DNA from: Lytechinus pictus
Taxonomy: Eukaryota
Length of the DNA: 64,000 nucleotides
Reading direction: 5' to 3'
NCBI RefSeq assembly: GCF_037042905.1
Contig: NC_087249.1
Location: 39,556,001-39,620,000 of the forward strand
Made by a program: the position numbers and the translations under genes. This document shows, piece by piece, positions 24,319 to 35,946 of the stretch. The first letter of the stretch is position 1, and every line of letters starts with the position of its first letter. Under the pieces are notes generated by a model, which was not told where the DNA came from, did not search any database, and worked only from the letters and a program-made list of their open reading frames with translations.

Positions 24319-26270
24319 TAGATGGGGAACATTAATCTACAAGGTTGATGTATCAGCGGCGGATGGCGGAGCTAGCTTTTTGCTAAGAGGGTGGTTTGAC
24401 AAGTTGGTGTGACCCAATAACCATGAACTGCAACGTAATGCGTCCCATCCTCCCCCCCCCCTCCTTCCCCGTAGATCCCCGCCACTGATCTGCTTTCACG
24501 ACCCTCGTAAACAGGGAAGGGGTGTTTGAGTTTGATCCCACACTCCTTTTTAAAACTATTTTCAGAGAGCCCGAGGTGGGGTTTAGACGCTACCCCCACC
24601 CCTCGATCAGCCACTGTATTAGGGAGACGACATTATATGAATGAAGGTTCCTTTCGTGCCTAATGCGCCATTTTGTTACATTTATATCTACTGTTCCATA
24701 ACGCAATGTTCCCTATGATTAATCTCTACTAGTGGTCTTATTGAATGGCACCTTGCAGCTCCGATAGAATATTACATTAATATAATTTAACACATAAACA
24801 AATAAAGGAAATCAGAGTTTCAAAAGGCATGTCCTTAAACAAACATGTTCGCTATGAATTGATGATAACGGCACATATTCAGAACTCAAGTTTAGTTGAC
24901 AGTCAGGTCTAAAGTTGGGGTTCGACTATGAATAGCCAATTGATACACTAATCTATAACAGTATAGAGGTTCGATTAATCAGCACATCTGCCATTTGACT
25001 CATTCAAAAGTGTCTGGGAATGATAACTAAATACATTTAGCCACTATTAGTATTATAGCTTGATGAAAGAGCAGAGCGAACATAAGAAATGTTAAAAAAT
25101 TGTCATGTTTGGCTTCCAATAATTTTGATACAAAATTAGATCATGGGGTAAGTTAAACTGGGCTCCGTAACACAAAGATTAGCGATCAATGGCCGGATGA
25201 ACTTACCGATCAATATCAATGTTACACGCGCACTTGGTTTCAAATACGGACCAGGGACCGATCAATCCGGTTCTTTCATATTTGCAATCCATCGCAAACC
25301 TTTGCGTTACGGAGCCCCCAGACTACAGAATATGGGCCACTGTATCGTAATTCGAAATATTGATGTATGATGTTAATGAAGCTTTCTAATCGGAGTCAAA
25401 TACATAATACAAAACAAATAAACGCTTTACCAATACTGGCATACGATATCGTACATAATCACGTCATTACTTCTTATTTCCGCCCCATACATGCCACAGA
25501 TGGAGGTTGGGCAGTTTTCATAAATGGGAAACATCTTGTAATGGAAGGAGACGGTGAAGAAGGTACTTGGCTGTCCTTTTTCATCACTCTTAATGCACCC
25601 TTCCCAACAGTCTAATGATAATTACGTCGAGTTTATGATCAGGGCGGGATTAGCCTGACCACTAGATTAATTAGGGGTGCATCAAGCGAGGAGGATCCTC
25701 AATTGGATATATTGGATGAAATTTGGGGGTATAGATTCGCCTATAAATGGTACTATGGATAAGAAGATAAGTGGAGCGTACCGAAGACCTTGAGGGAGAA
25801 AGGTTGTCAAATTTTAGACGTCTATTTGATTTGATTAGATTTGATTTGAACATGTGAATGTATTGCCGTCACAAAGTAATTCATGTGATTTTAACAAAAT
25901 GAAAACGGGAGGAGAGCCTTGATCAGCATCCCCCCCCCCCTCCCCCTATCTTGTATCCTTCCTCCGTTAAGGTCGGACTTCGTTGATATCAGCTGAAGTA
26001 ACTGAAGATACTTTCTATGGGTTGTTAGCGGTAGAAATGTTGCTGAGACGGTTTTTGCAGGTTGCGTGAAGAGTGCGAATGAAGGATAGAATAAGAGTAT
26101 GGAGCTGAGTTTTGCCGGCACTGTTGATGCGCATATGGGGGGGGGGGGGAGGGAAGAAAGAGTATTTCTTGAAATGACCAAGGGTCTGATTCAACCATTG
26201 TGCTGCTGGTCTACCGAAGGGTCCTATTAATATCCAAAAAAAAAACACTGATAAAAGAATGAATGGTCGT

Positions 26271-27786
26271 CAGCAAAGTTGGAGGTTTCAAGACTGGTCT
26301 TGCTCTTAAGACCAGTCTTGAGACCAGTTTTCAAAGACGGTGGTCTCGACCACTCTGGTCTTGGTCTCGAACCGTCTAGTCTCTGTCTATGATCTTAAAA
26401 TTTCATATCTTCCTAATCGCTTGAATCATGTTAAATAACGCAACTCTCTGTTTGAGATTTTGAATTTGTTTCTACGGTTAAAAGTTATTAAGTTGTATTT
26501 AAAAACAGAAGTTGTATTTAATTTCACAAGTTCGAAAACACTTTTCACGTCCGTTTTAAGTGAATTTGTGCGATGAAATTCTTAAATGTAAAACATCAAG
26601 GTGGACAAACATCACCTTGGAATCCGTTAGGTTTATAATAAATTCTAGGAGGCTATCAGAAGAAAATTGATATCACCAGTAAAAATTTTCTAGAGCTAAA
26701 TATCGTCCATACATATTCTTGATTTTAGTTGCATTTTTAATTTTTGTATTTTCAGAAGCTGCAAAAGGCTGTTTCATTCAAATAGTACTTATTTTCCAGT
26801 CACCTTAGAAAGCTCAAGAACATTACGGCTGGTTGTAAGCCGATTAGAAGAAGAGCATGCACGAAAAAAAACTAGTTGCAAAGGTGAGCCAGACAAGCTT
26901 GAGGTATTATCATGACATTTGCTTTTTCCGTCTTATTGTTCTCCATGTCAGTGGCATGTCAGATAAGGAGACATTGAGATTCATGCTTGCGGAAAACACG
27001 CATGGTGGTCACAAAAAGGAGGAATAATGCACGCTTCTATGAGGCGTGAAGCTATTCGACACATTCAATATTTTTAAGAAAGAACTTCGGTATTTGAAAG
27101 CAAAGAGCAAACGGTTTAACCGATGTATCATTGGAAATAACGCTATAAATTTGGTCGATGTGGAGTCTGTTTCACCCGGTGTCGTTGTGTGTTTTAGTTT
27201 TCACCTATACAAGTCTGCAACCTGAAAGATTGGACTTTGTTCTTTTATGGGTGTGTATATCCTGCATTTTGAAGGTACAAACTTGAACCTTTCCCAAAAG
27301 GTACAGCTTTGCACATGAAACGAATCAAAACTGCACCCTTAAACATGCGAAAGGCGCAAATTACGTCTAAGGGCGCAGAGTTACCCTCCAAAAGAGCTTC
27401 CAGTATTGCATGAAAAATTTGCAAAATCGCACATCTTTGTCTGAGAGTACAGGGAGACAGATCTCCCAAATTGCTCATTGGGAAATTTTCGAGGGGTCTT
27501 GACGTTGAAAATAGCCTTTCATACTACGGCTCGTTATATTCTATTGAGGGTCGTCTATAAGTTTAATAACAGTTGTCATCTGCATTAATTGTCTTTCGCA
27601 AGGCCCCCAAAAACCAATTCCGGACTGTCCGAAGCCAAGAACAAGGCCAAAGACTGACTACCTGAAGCAAGGGTCAATGACTTCAGACCCTCAAGACCAA
27701 GACCAACTAGATCACGAATACAAGGACAATGCCGAGGCCACATACTTGTCCTTGAGGCCAACGCCAGGCTCGAGTACATCACCATT
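26271..27786. mobile_element. Decayed DNA transposon (hAT-like) with subterminal GGTCTT/AAGACC arrays
   Basis: GGTCTTG/GGTCTCG-rich array at 26290-26390 and a complementary CAAGACC/CAAGGCC array at 27600-27780. No intact transposase ORF. The two arrays may belong to separate elements. Confidence 0.45.
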
Positions 27787-28421
27787 ACAACTTACTTTCC
27801 ATTAAAAAAAGTTAGATCTTCATATCATTACCATCTTTCCTGGAGCCTAACACGAAAAATACAATCGATCTTTATTGTACAGTATCAAATCTTCCAGTCT
27901 TTGGCAAACCACCAATGTAGAAGTTAAAAACAATAATAGATATAAAGCATAATCATATTACATCATTGTTCTCTTCCGACCTTGTCCCGGTTTCAACCGA
28001 GTGCGTGTGCTCCAAGTTCAAGGTCCAATGTCAAGGACTTCAGAGCTCCTAGGGCCTAGGCCATGACCAAGGGCAAGGACCGGCTTATAGTTGTTCATGT
28101 GGCCGCACCACTTATGGTCAGTGAACATGACGACTAGAGCCGTCTATCCCGTTCACGGACGTTATCACAGGAAAGTTTGCTTGAAATCAATCTAAATTCC
28201 ATTTTCTATAGAAAACCCAAAGGTTCCAAACGAAACAAGTTTAGTACCCTTCAAAAAAGGGGTAGTTTGCTTTCTTTGGCCTATAGCCGACTTGACGGAC
28301 TTTCCTTTTTCCTTTGAATAAACAGTAAGTCGTGATTTGTTGAATATCTTCATGCTTATAATATATATTTCATTGCAGTTCCACTTGCTATACGTACGCT
28401 CACTTCATTCCAGCTTGGATC

Positions 28422-28609
28422 TAGTCTGAGGGCACAGACTCAAATTTGACACTTTCACCAAATATATCATGTCTACAGAAAGAAGACTAATTTCCAAACT
28501 GTCTGTTTCAAGATGCAGCCACAGTACATAGTGAATAGTCTCACTACTTCAGAATCTGTACTATGCACAAGGTAAATTGCGAAAACCAAAGGTCTGTGCC
28601 TGCAGACTA
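28422..28609. mobile_element. 188-bp MITE with TAG...CTA termini and 9-bp TSD (AcademH-like)
   Basis: TSD GCTTGGATC (28413-28421, 28610-28618). TIR TAGTCTGagGGCACAGAC / GTCTGTGCCtgCAGACTA. A second right end at ~32752-32769. Confidence 0.8.
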
Positions 28610-30178
28610 GCTTGGATCAATCTGCTCATATCACGTATCTTTTCAATGCTCTTTAAAGTGCAAGCATTTTAACCATGGTCCCTACCAAGGAGTTACTCCT
28701 TGCTTTAACCATTCTAGCATAATGAGACATTCGCTAAATTTGAGGATTTCGTGACAAATATCAGGTGCCCTGGGTGAAGACGACGTGACCTATTTTCGCT
28801 TCCCATCCGGAGCTTTTGAAACCTGAACGAAATCACGAATTTACAGCTGGAAAAATAGTTACATTCAATTTATACAAAATGTATACACTGCTTCGTCTAA
28901 ATGTTGAAGGAGAGAAAGAGAGAGGGGGAGAGGAGAAAGAGGAGAGATAGTGCGATATGAGAGAGAAAAGGCGCAGTGAAAGACCTCTTTCATCCGTTAA
29001 TTCCTTGTGAAAATTCAAACTTTTGATTTAGCGCCCCTCTTTTTGGGGGTTTGGCTTAAAGCACCTGAAAACAAATTAAGTGATTACATACAATGTAGCT
29101 GCATCCAACGATCATATCCAGATATTGTCAGCCCCCTTTCATTCTTAAGAACTGGCTTTATCCCACCCCCCCCCCCGAAAAATAATAAGTCTTAACACTT
29201 CAACGAAAAAAAATCTGGTAAAATCGCAAACTACATAAGAAGGACACACACGTTCATTTCATGTACACGTAGACATGAACTGGCATATTAACCATAAACT
29301 TCTGAGGGATTTACCAAAACAAAACAAAAAAGGTTTCGATAAATCCACAATCAATGGACCATGGCAATTCAAATATATCATAAATAACCCCTTCATCATG
29401 AAGGACAGTTTGTAAAACATCGCTGGCAGCCTGAGTCATCAATAGATTCTTAATTGAAAATGTTACTCTCCAAATCAACTTGTCGTCAAAGTGGTACAAT
29501 AAAAACAATTTCCCCAAAACGAATGTGTCTCGGAGGGAGACACGATCATTCTTTGGCGCGTACGTAATTTTCATCTTAAATTGCCTTGTCGTCTCGATCG
29601 GCGAAGCATGCGTGAAGTGCGACAAGATTTTAATTAATCTAAACACGGGAGAAGGCCAGGCAGGTGTATTCCCCATCATCCCCTCTCACATCAGAAGAGA
29701 TCTGATAAAATGATGCGCTTGTTAAGCTATATTGATGTCAACAATTTTTCTAGGGTGCACGACAAAGCTTGACCTGAAGCACAATTTTCCATCTTTTATT
29801 GGCTCATATATCATGGATATTTTGTAATACGAATTCACTAGCCGTATAATTATGATATTCTTCCAACAGACACGGGACTATTATACTTACATATTCATAC
29901 GTAAAAGTAATTTTTGTATACGAATATATAAAATATAAGGAAACTATATTATTCGTCTTACAAATAGAGAGATGGTCATTATTTCCCCTGACTGCTTAAT
30001 AGAGAATGTAAGGCCGGCCATGTAGGCAGAAAAGTGATAACATCGAAAAACAGGCGAGAATGAAATCATTGTATTGAAAATTTCTTTCATTTTCTTTTTG
30101 CCAAGTCATTTCCCCCAACCAGTAGACGTGCTTCCCAGGCCTTTTCATGCCCAGTGTTTTCAGGGCTATTCCTGAATT

Positions 30179-30192
30179 GTTGCCATAGCAAC
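30179..30192. promoter_or_regulatory. RFX X-box consensus site
   Basis: GTTGCCATAGCAAC in non-repetitive sequence. Motif match only. Confidence 0.45.
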
Positions 30193-30374
30193 CGAAACCT
30201 GTATAGATGAGAGAATCGTGAAGTCTATTTAAAAAAAAAAGGTTGGGTGTTTTTTTTTTCTTTTTTCAAGAGTTTAGCAGACATATGTGTGACGTGTTTC
30301 GTTCAAAGTAATGGTACAGTCGTACCAAACCGACCGATGTCATTGGAAATAATGTGATAGATTTGGTCGGTCTG

Positions 30375-30640
30375 GATCCAGTTTTACAAAGAGTTACGAT
30401 TGAACCAATCAATCTCAACTATATGGAAATCCATCCATACCATATTTTTCTCTACAGAAAATTCGCAATCTTTTTTTAAAAAGAATCACACTGAATCTTC
30501 AAGAGGACGATGTATGTATGAACATACATCATAATTATCTAGACAACATTTGAACAAATGTGCACTTTAGATGTTGACGTTGCTGGTTTTCCATAGTTGC
30601 AATCGATTTGATCAATCTTAAATGTTTGTAAGACGGGGCC
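30375..30640. mobile_element. MITE nested inside a GTCACAC-family MITE, CTG TSD
   Basis: Host reads ...GGTCGGTCTG|insert|CTGGATTCAGTTTTCACTGGTGTGAC. The insert has inverted ends TTTTACAAAGAGTTACGATTG / CAATCTTAAATGTTTGTAAGAC. Confidence 0.6.
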
Positions 30641-31721
30641 CTGGATTCAGTTTCACTGGTGTGACTATGACACTACACACTTTAAGAACTTTGGTATTAA
30701 AACCGTTGGTATCTCTAGAGGATCGCAATCTAAGGTGTTAAACTGACACCCTAGATACTTAACATAACACCAAAGAGAGTAAGATGTCATCAGTTGTTGT
30801 TCCTAGAGGACCATACCCCGATGTGTCAAAATTACACCGTTGAGATTGGACGTAACACCAAAGAGTGTAAAACTGACTCCAGTTGGTGTTCCTTGAAATC
30901 AATTCTCTGAGGTTATTGAAATTACACACAAGAGATCAAACATAACACCAAAGAGTGTAAAAGTGACACCCAAATGTGTTGTAATGACACCCATAGGTGT
31001 TAAAATTACACCGGAAATTAAACATCGGAGTAAAACAACCGCTGTGGTATTCTATTAACACCAGGATGTGTAATGCTATATATACCAAATGGTGTTCACA
31101 TCTACTGTAGATCGTGGGGTAAATTGCAAATTGGTCTACACCCACTTCGTCTACTCCACGTTTTGTCTCTCACACAATGGTCTGATCCTATTTCATGTAC
31201 AATAGACTCTTCTACTAACTACTTGTATTTGGCCTAATTGCCACTTAGCCATCATCCAATTGGTCTAATTGCAATAAGGTTATACTCATTTCGCCTCATT
31301 GTGATCTAACAAAAATTATGATGATCTGATAATGACCAAATTTTTCAATTGATGATAGCAAAACAATTAATAAGTATACATTATATTTAGGCCTACTTGG
31401 CATTAGCCTAAATGAGAATTAGAAATATATAGAAATATCATAGGTTTCAAAGTTAATTAGATCGCATCTCATTCATTACAAACTATAATTAGATCAAATC
31501 GATAGTGGACCAAATGGGTTTGGCCCATGTCATACTACCTGAAAAAATGCCCACAGACCAAGCGAGTATAAACCTTCCTACATCAAGTATATAAGCCAGA
31601 TTTAATGACCAATTAGACCCCCCCCCCCTCCAGAATGGTACTGGTGATAATAGTTTAAAAATCATAAAGTACGCTTTAAATTAACAGATATTTATCACTG
31701 CTATGTTTTCACCCCTCTATA

Positions 31722-32130
31722 TATTATTATCATTTTTATTATTATCATTATTATTTGTCTTGGCGTCACTTGTACCTGTGAGGCGAAAAGCGAAATGAAT
31801 CACTGTGGCCCGCAGGTCTCTCCTCCCGATATAACTGACTGGGGGAGTGCAGGTGGACCACTACACCGGGGTTTCCCCCCTACTCTTATTCAAATAGTGC
31901 AGTGGGTTCTTAACGTGCAAAGGTGGTGAATCTCTTCTACACGGGGCCTCCATTCAACGTCCTATCCGAGGGACGGAGAGTTTTCCATCGTAATATAGCC
32001 TGCAACTATGAAACAGGGGAGAGACGTTTACACACGACGCACCGGCTTCAGTCATCCGCCCGGGATGGACTCGAACCCACGATCTTTGCTACGACAGGCA
32101 GACGCTTTATCGACTGAGCCAACTTCGCTC
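31722..32130 (-). mobile_element. tRNA-derived SINE with Deu-like central domain (DeuSINE/AmnSINE superfamily)
   Basis: A box TGGCTCAGTCG and B box GGTTCGAGTCC. Central CCGTCCCTCGGATAGGACGTT...GAGGCCCC...TTAAGAACCCACTGCACTATTT...TAAGAGTAGGGG...AACCCCGGTGT matches the Deu domain as I recall it from AmnSINE1/SINE3. (TAA)n tail. Confidence 0.8.
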
Positions 32131-32235
32131 TCTGTACGGAATTTTCTTCTCCTTAGCAGTCTACCCAGAATTCATAACCCTAGATCCGTTGACAAGCACA
32201 TCCCACGTGACCTTGGTGCATTGCTCTAGGTTAAT

Positions 32236-32253
32236 GTTGCTATGGTGACGTCA
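32236..32253. promoter_or_regulatory. Overlapping RFX X-box and full CRE
   Basis: GTTGCTATGGTGAC (32236-32249) overlaps TGACGTCA (32246-32253). Confidence 0.4.
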
Positions 32254-32387
32254 ATGAAAGACAGGTCGCCGTCTGCATCGTATTTGATATGGTAAACATG
32301 ACCAGGTGATGTTCTTGATAATAAAGAGAAGGGCGTACATGCCAGTCTGCTGTGTAAACCCTTCACTCGAGTTAAGTGGTCTGAAAT

Positions 32388-32639
32388 CATGGCCCTGTAA
32401 AGCGGGGGTGCTTCAGGGGGTGCTGCATGTATTATTCTCCATAGGCAGCACCCCTAAGTATTTTGGAAGATGTGTTTTGTGGTGAAACCCTTTTTTATTT
32501 TTTGCTTTTCAAATGTCTCGGAACCAATTTGACCTACATTTTATAGTGAAAACTTTTTTTTTTTTTTGGGGGGGGGTTCAAATTTCTCGCGACCAATACG
32601 ACCTTCATTTTAAAGTGAGAACTCTTTTTTCTTTTCCTG
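32388..32639 (+). mobile_element. hAT-like MITE with 8-bp TSD
   Basis: TCTGAAAT at 32380-32387 and 32640-32647. GGGTGCT/GCAGCACCC motifs shared with 6010-6502. Confidence 0.7.
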
Positions 32640-33680
32640 TCTGAAATACACAGCTTAAGGTCCCTGGCACAATGACTTGTGTACAGGACAACAAGTTGAA
32701 TTTGTGCTAGTCTTGTGTGAAGACTCACTTTCTGATCAAAGTTGCAATCAGGGTATGTGCCTGCAGACTAGTGCAATGATACCAATGAGAAGGGCATACA
32801 CGTGGAGGAATAGGAGGAGAAAGAGAGAGGGACAGACAGACAGGGAGAGACAGAAAGAGAGAGAGAGAGTGGGGTGTGATACACTATCATTGACAGAAAA
32901 AGGATGTCAAGAAGGAAAATAAGAAGTAATAAGATATTTTTCTAAAGTGAAATGTGCTGTCTTTCCTATTTTTAGCTAGATCGAATGCGGTGTGGGGTAT
33001 AATAACCGTTTGGTTTCAGTGGATGAAACAAAAAATAACGTTCTCGGCGATATGTCTGAAGACCCTGTCTTCCCTCAGCTTCGCTTCGGAAAAAATAGCT
33101 TCATCCAAGTCTCCTTGGAAATATGTGGTTTGTCTAGTACTTTCATTAGTGGTAGTTGTTTGTCTATTGTATACACTTTTTACGTAAGAAATGAACAAAT
33201 AAATAATCTCTTTGATAATCACCTCCCATTCACTCCCATCTTCACTCTTACCCCCACCCCTCCCCCTCTTTCATTCTCTCCTCTCTTTCTTTATATTTAT
33301 TTCTTTATACTGCTACATCATCGCCTTGCAAGCTCCTTTGAAATCCAGACGCCTTTATCCCATGGTACCGTAATTGGATGGTGGTATCGGCCGGTTCCAA
33401 TTATCCTCCAAGAAAAACGCATTTAAGCCCCAACGTCAATACCACGTTCATATACCCATGGATACGTGTGATTATAATAGAGTAGCGATATTGATTGGCA
33501 AATTTCCCGGGAGGGTTCACAAACGTTATCGAGCACGGCCCTCCACATCGTTCTGAGCTTGTTAGATGACAAACTTGAGGGGAGGCAGTTACAAGAGCAA
33601 GGAAAGAAACGAATATGGCAGGCACTGGCATTCAGGTGGCTGCCTTGGGGGGCCATGGACGGCCAACAGTTTTTTGTATT

Positions 33681-34481
33681 TTATGTCAAATCTATCACAA
33701 AAAAAGACTATTGTTCTAATAGGTCAAAAAATTTGCTTGCTCGCATTGCTCACTCGCAGCTTGAAAGAAAATTCCCCCCCCCCCCCGTACGCCATATCTG
33801 GTTCCCTTAAATTTTGGGGTTCATTTCGATACTGTTGACAGTCATGACAGTGGTAGAGAGAAGATATATGTGGGACCAGAGAGAGGGAAAGAAGGGGAGA
33901 TATGGAGAAAGAGAAAGAATAAGAAAAGCCTGTGATTGACAGATGAAATGAAAATTAAACAAATGAAGATAGTAAGTATTGATATAACTTGGATAGTATG
34001 AAATGAGCTCACTAATCGGCGTCGTTATGGCGGTCGAGTCGGTCCTTCATTACTATGTCAGCAGAACGCCACCCCAACCAATTATGTCAAATCTATCACA
34101 AAAAAAGACTATTGCTCTAATAGGTCAAAATATTTGCTTGCTCGCATTGCTCACTCGCAGCTTGAAAGAAAATTCCCCCCCCCCCCCCGTACGCCATATC
34201 TGGTTCCCTTAAATTTTGGGGTTCATTTCGATACTGTTGACAGTCATGACAGTGGTAGAGAGAAGATATATGTGGGACCAGAGAGAGGGAAAGAAGGGGG
34301 GATATGGAGAAAGAGAAAGAATAAGAAAAGCCTGTGATTGACAGATGAAATGAAAATTAAACAAATGAAGATAATAAGTATTGATATAACTTGGATAGTA
34401 TGAAATGAGCTCACTAATCGGCGTCGTTATGGCGGTCGAGTCGGTCCTTCATTACTATGTCAGCAGAACGCCACCCCAACC
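33681..34481 (+). repeat. Near-perfect ~400-bp tandem duplication
   Basis: 33681-34079 versus 34082-34481. I count 4 substitutions and a C13/C14 difference, with an AA filler at the junction. Confidence 0.95.
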
Positions 34482-35776
34482 TTCTTCCAAGTAAGCAAGA
34501 CAAACAGAAGCCCATGTTGGAATCCATTAGCCAGTGAATGGAGGGTGTGGCCTGGGAATGAGCGGGAAAACAAGGTGGATTTTTTAAAGCAGATAATTAC
34601 CCCGATGTGCGTCAAGACCTTGCGTTGATTCTCCCTGTTTATGGAGAGCTCTCGCCTGTCTATCGAATTAGAACCCATTCTCATTAGAAAAATTGAAAGA
34701 AAAATCACGACGGCAAAAAAATCTTACAGATGTTATGGGGACTGGTAAAGAAAAGATGATTTATGTCGTTTTGTCTAAATGATGTGAAATATCTGTGGCA
34801 GGTACATATGCAGGTTTAAACATGATTTCCAATCACGAAAACCATCGGAAAAATTATTATAGAACGGAGTGAACACCAAGTAATTGTATGTTGACTGTGC
34901 AGTATCCACATCTTCACACTATCCTGAAAAATACATCCTTTCCTGCTTAACAAAAGCGAACGATAACTATAAAAAAAGACGGATATTTCACACCAGCCTT
35001 GATTCCGGTCGTCTAAACGGGTACCTTGGATAAAGATAAGTTAAAGTCTTGAGCGAGAGCGAAACCTTGGGAACGAGTTTGCTTGGGGAATAATCGAATC
35101 AATTCAAGAGACTGGATGAATTGTTGGGAGAAGTAAACTCCACTCTGTTCATGCTTGTTCCGTGATGATATGGTAAAAACACATCGACGTGGAGGAGGGG
35201 GAAATGGAAGTACTTGCACTGAGAAATAAAGAAATAGCGGATTGTATACGTGAGCATGTGAGTAAAAAAAAGTAGTGTCCAAGGAAAAAAGCAAACAGGC
35301 AAAAAAAGGTTAAATCACTCATACATACATAACTTCCTACCCACTCATATCATATTCGGCTTTGTAATCGTTGTCTTGCAAAGAAAACCTTCCCGTGAAG
35401 TAGTGAGGTTAGTAGGATAGAGCTTTCAGTGAAACTCTTTGACACATTGCTCCGTGAAAACACCACAAAGAGACCCATTGGACTTAAGCATAGTGCTGTA
35501 AGGATGTGCACGTGTCACATGAAGATTATATTAATAAACCCGCTGAAGACTAAATGATTTCGCTATTTCCATGATAACACATGTTTTCCTTAGACAGTTA
35601 AACTCCATCCAGCCGGTATTATGGGCTTCGTTTCCAACAGGTTAACAGACACCTACACAACAAATGCTCCGCTGTAAACTCCACACCCTAATAGTATGAC
35701 CAACTTCAACCCTGGATTTAACACTATACAATTTCCTAAACCTAACCCTATACCTAACGTAAATCCCAATTGTAAC

Positions 35777-35946
35777 CAGGGGTGTGGGTGGTCACAAATA
35801 AAAAGATCTGAAAAAAAGCTGAAGAGTGTTGAAAAAGCGCCCATACTTTTTTGTACAGAGGAAAGCCAAAAATAAGCTGAAATTAAGCTAAAAATCAAAA
35901 CAAAATAATCTGAAATCAGCCAAAAATCTGAACTGTCACACCCCTG
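35777..35946. mobile_element. 170-bp MITE with 6-bp TSD, nested in a (CCCTAA)-bearing repeat (~35655-36020)
   Basis: TIR CAGGGGTGTG / CACACCCCTG. TGTAAC at 35771-35776 and 35947-35952. Confidence 0.8.
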
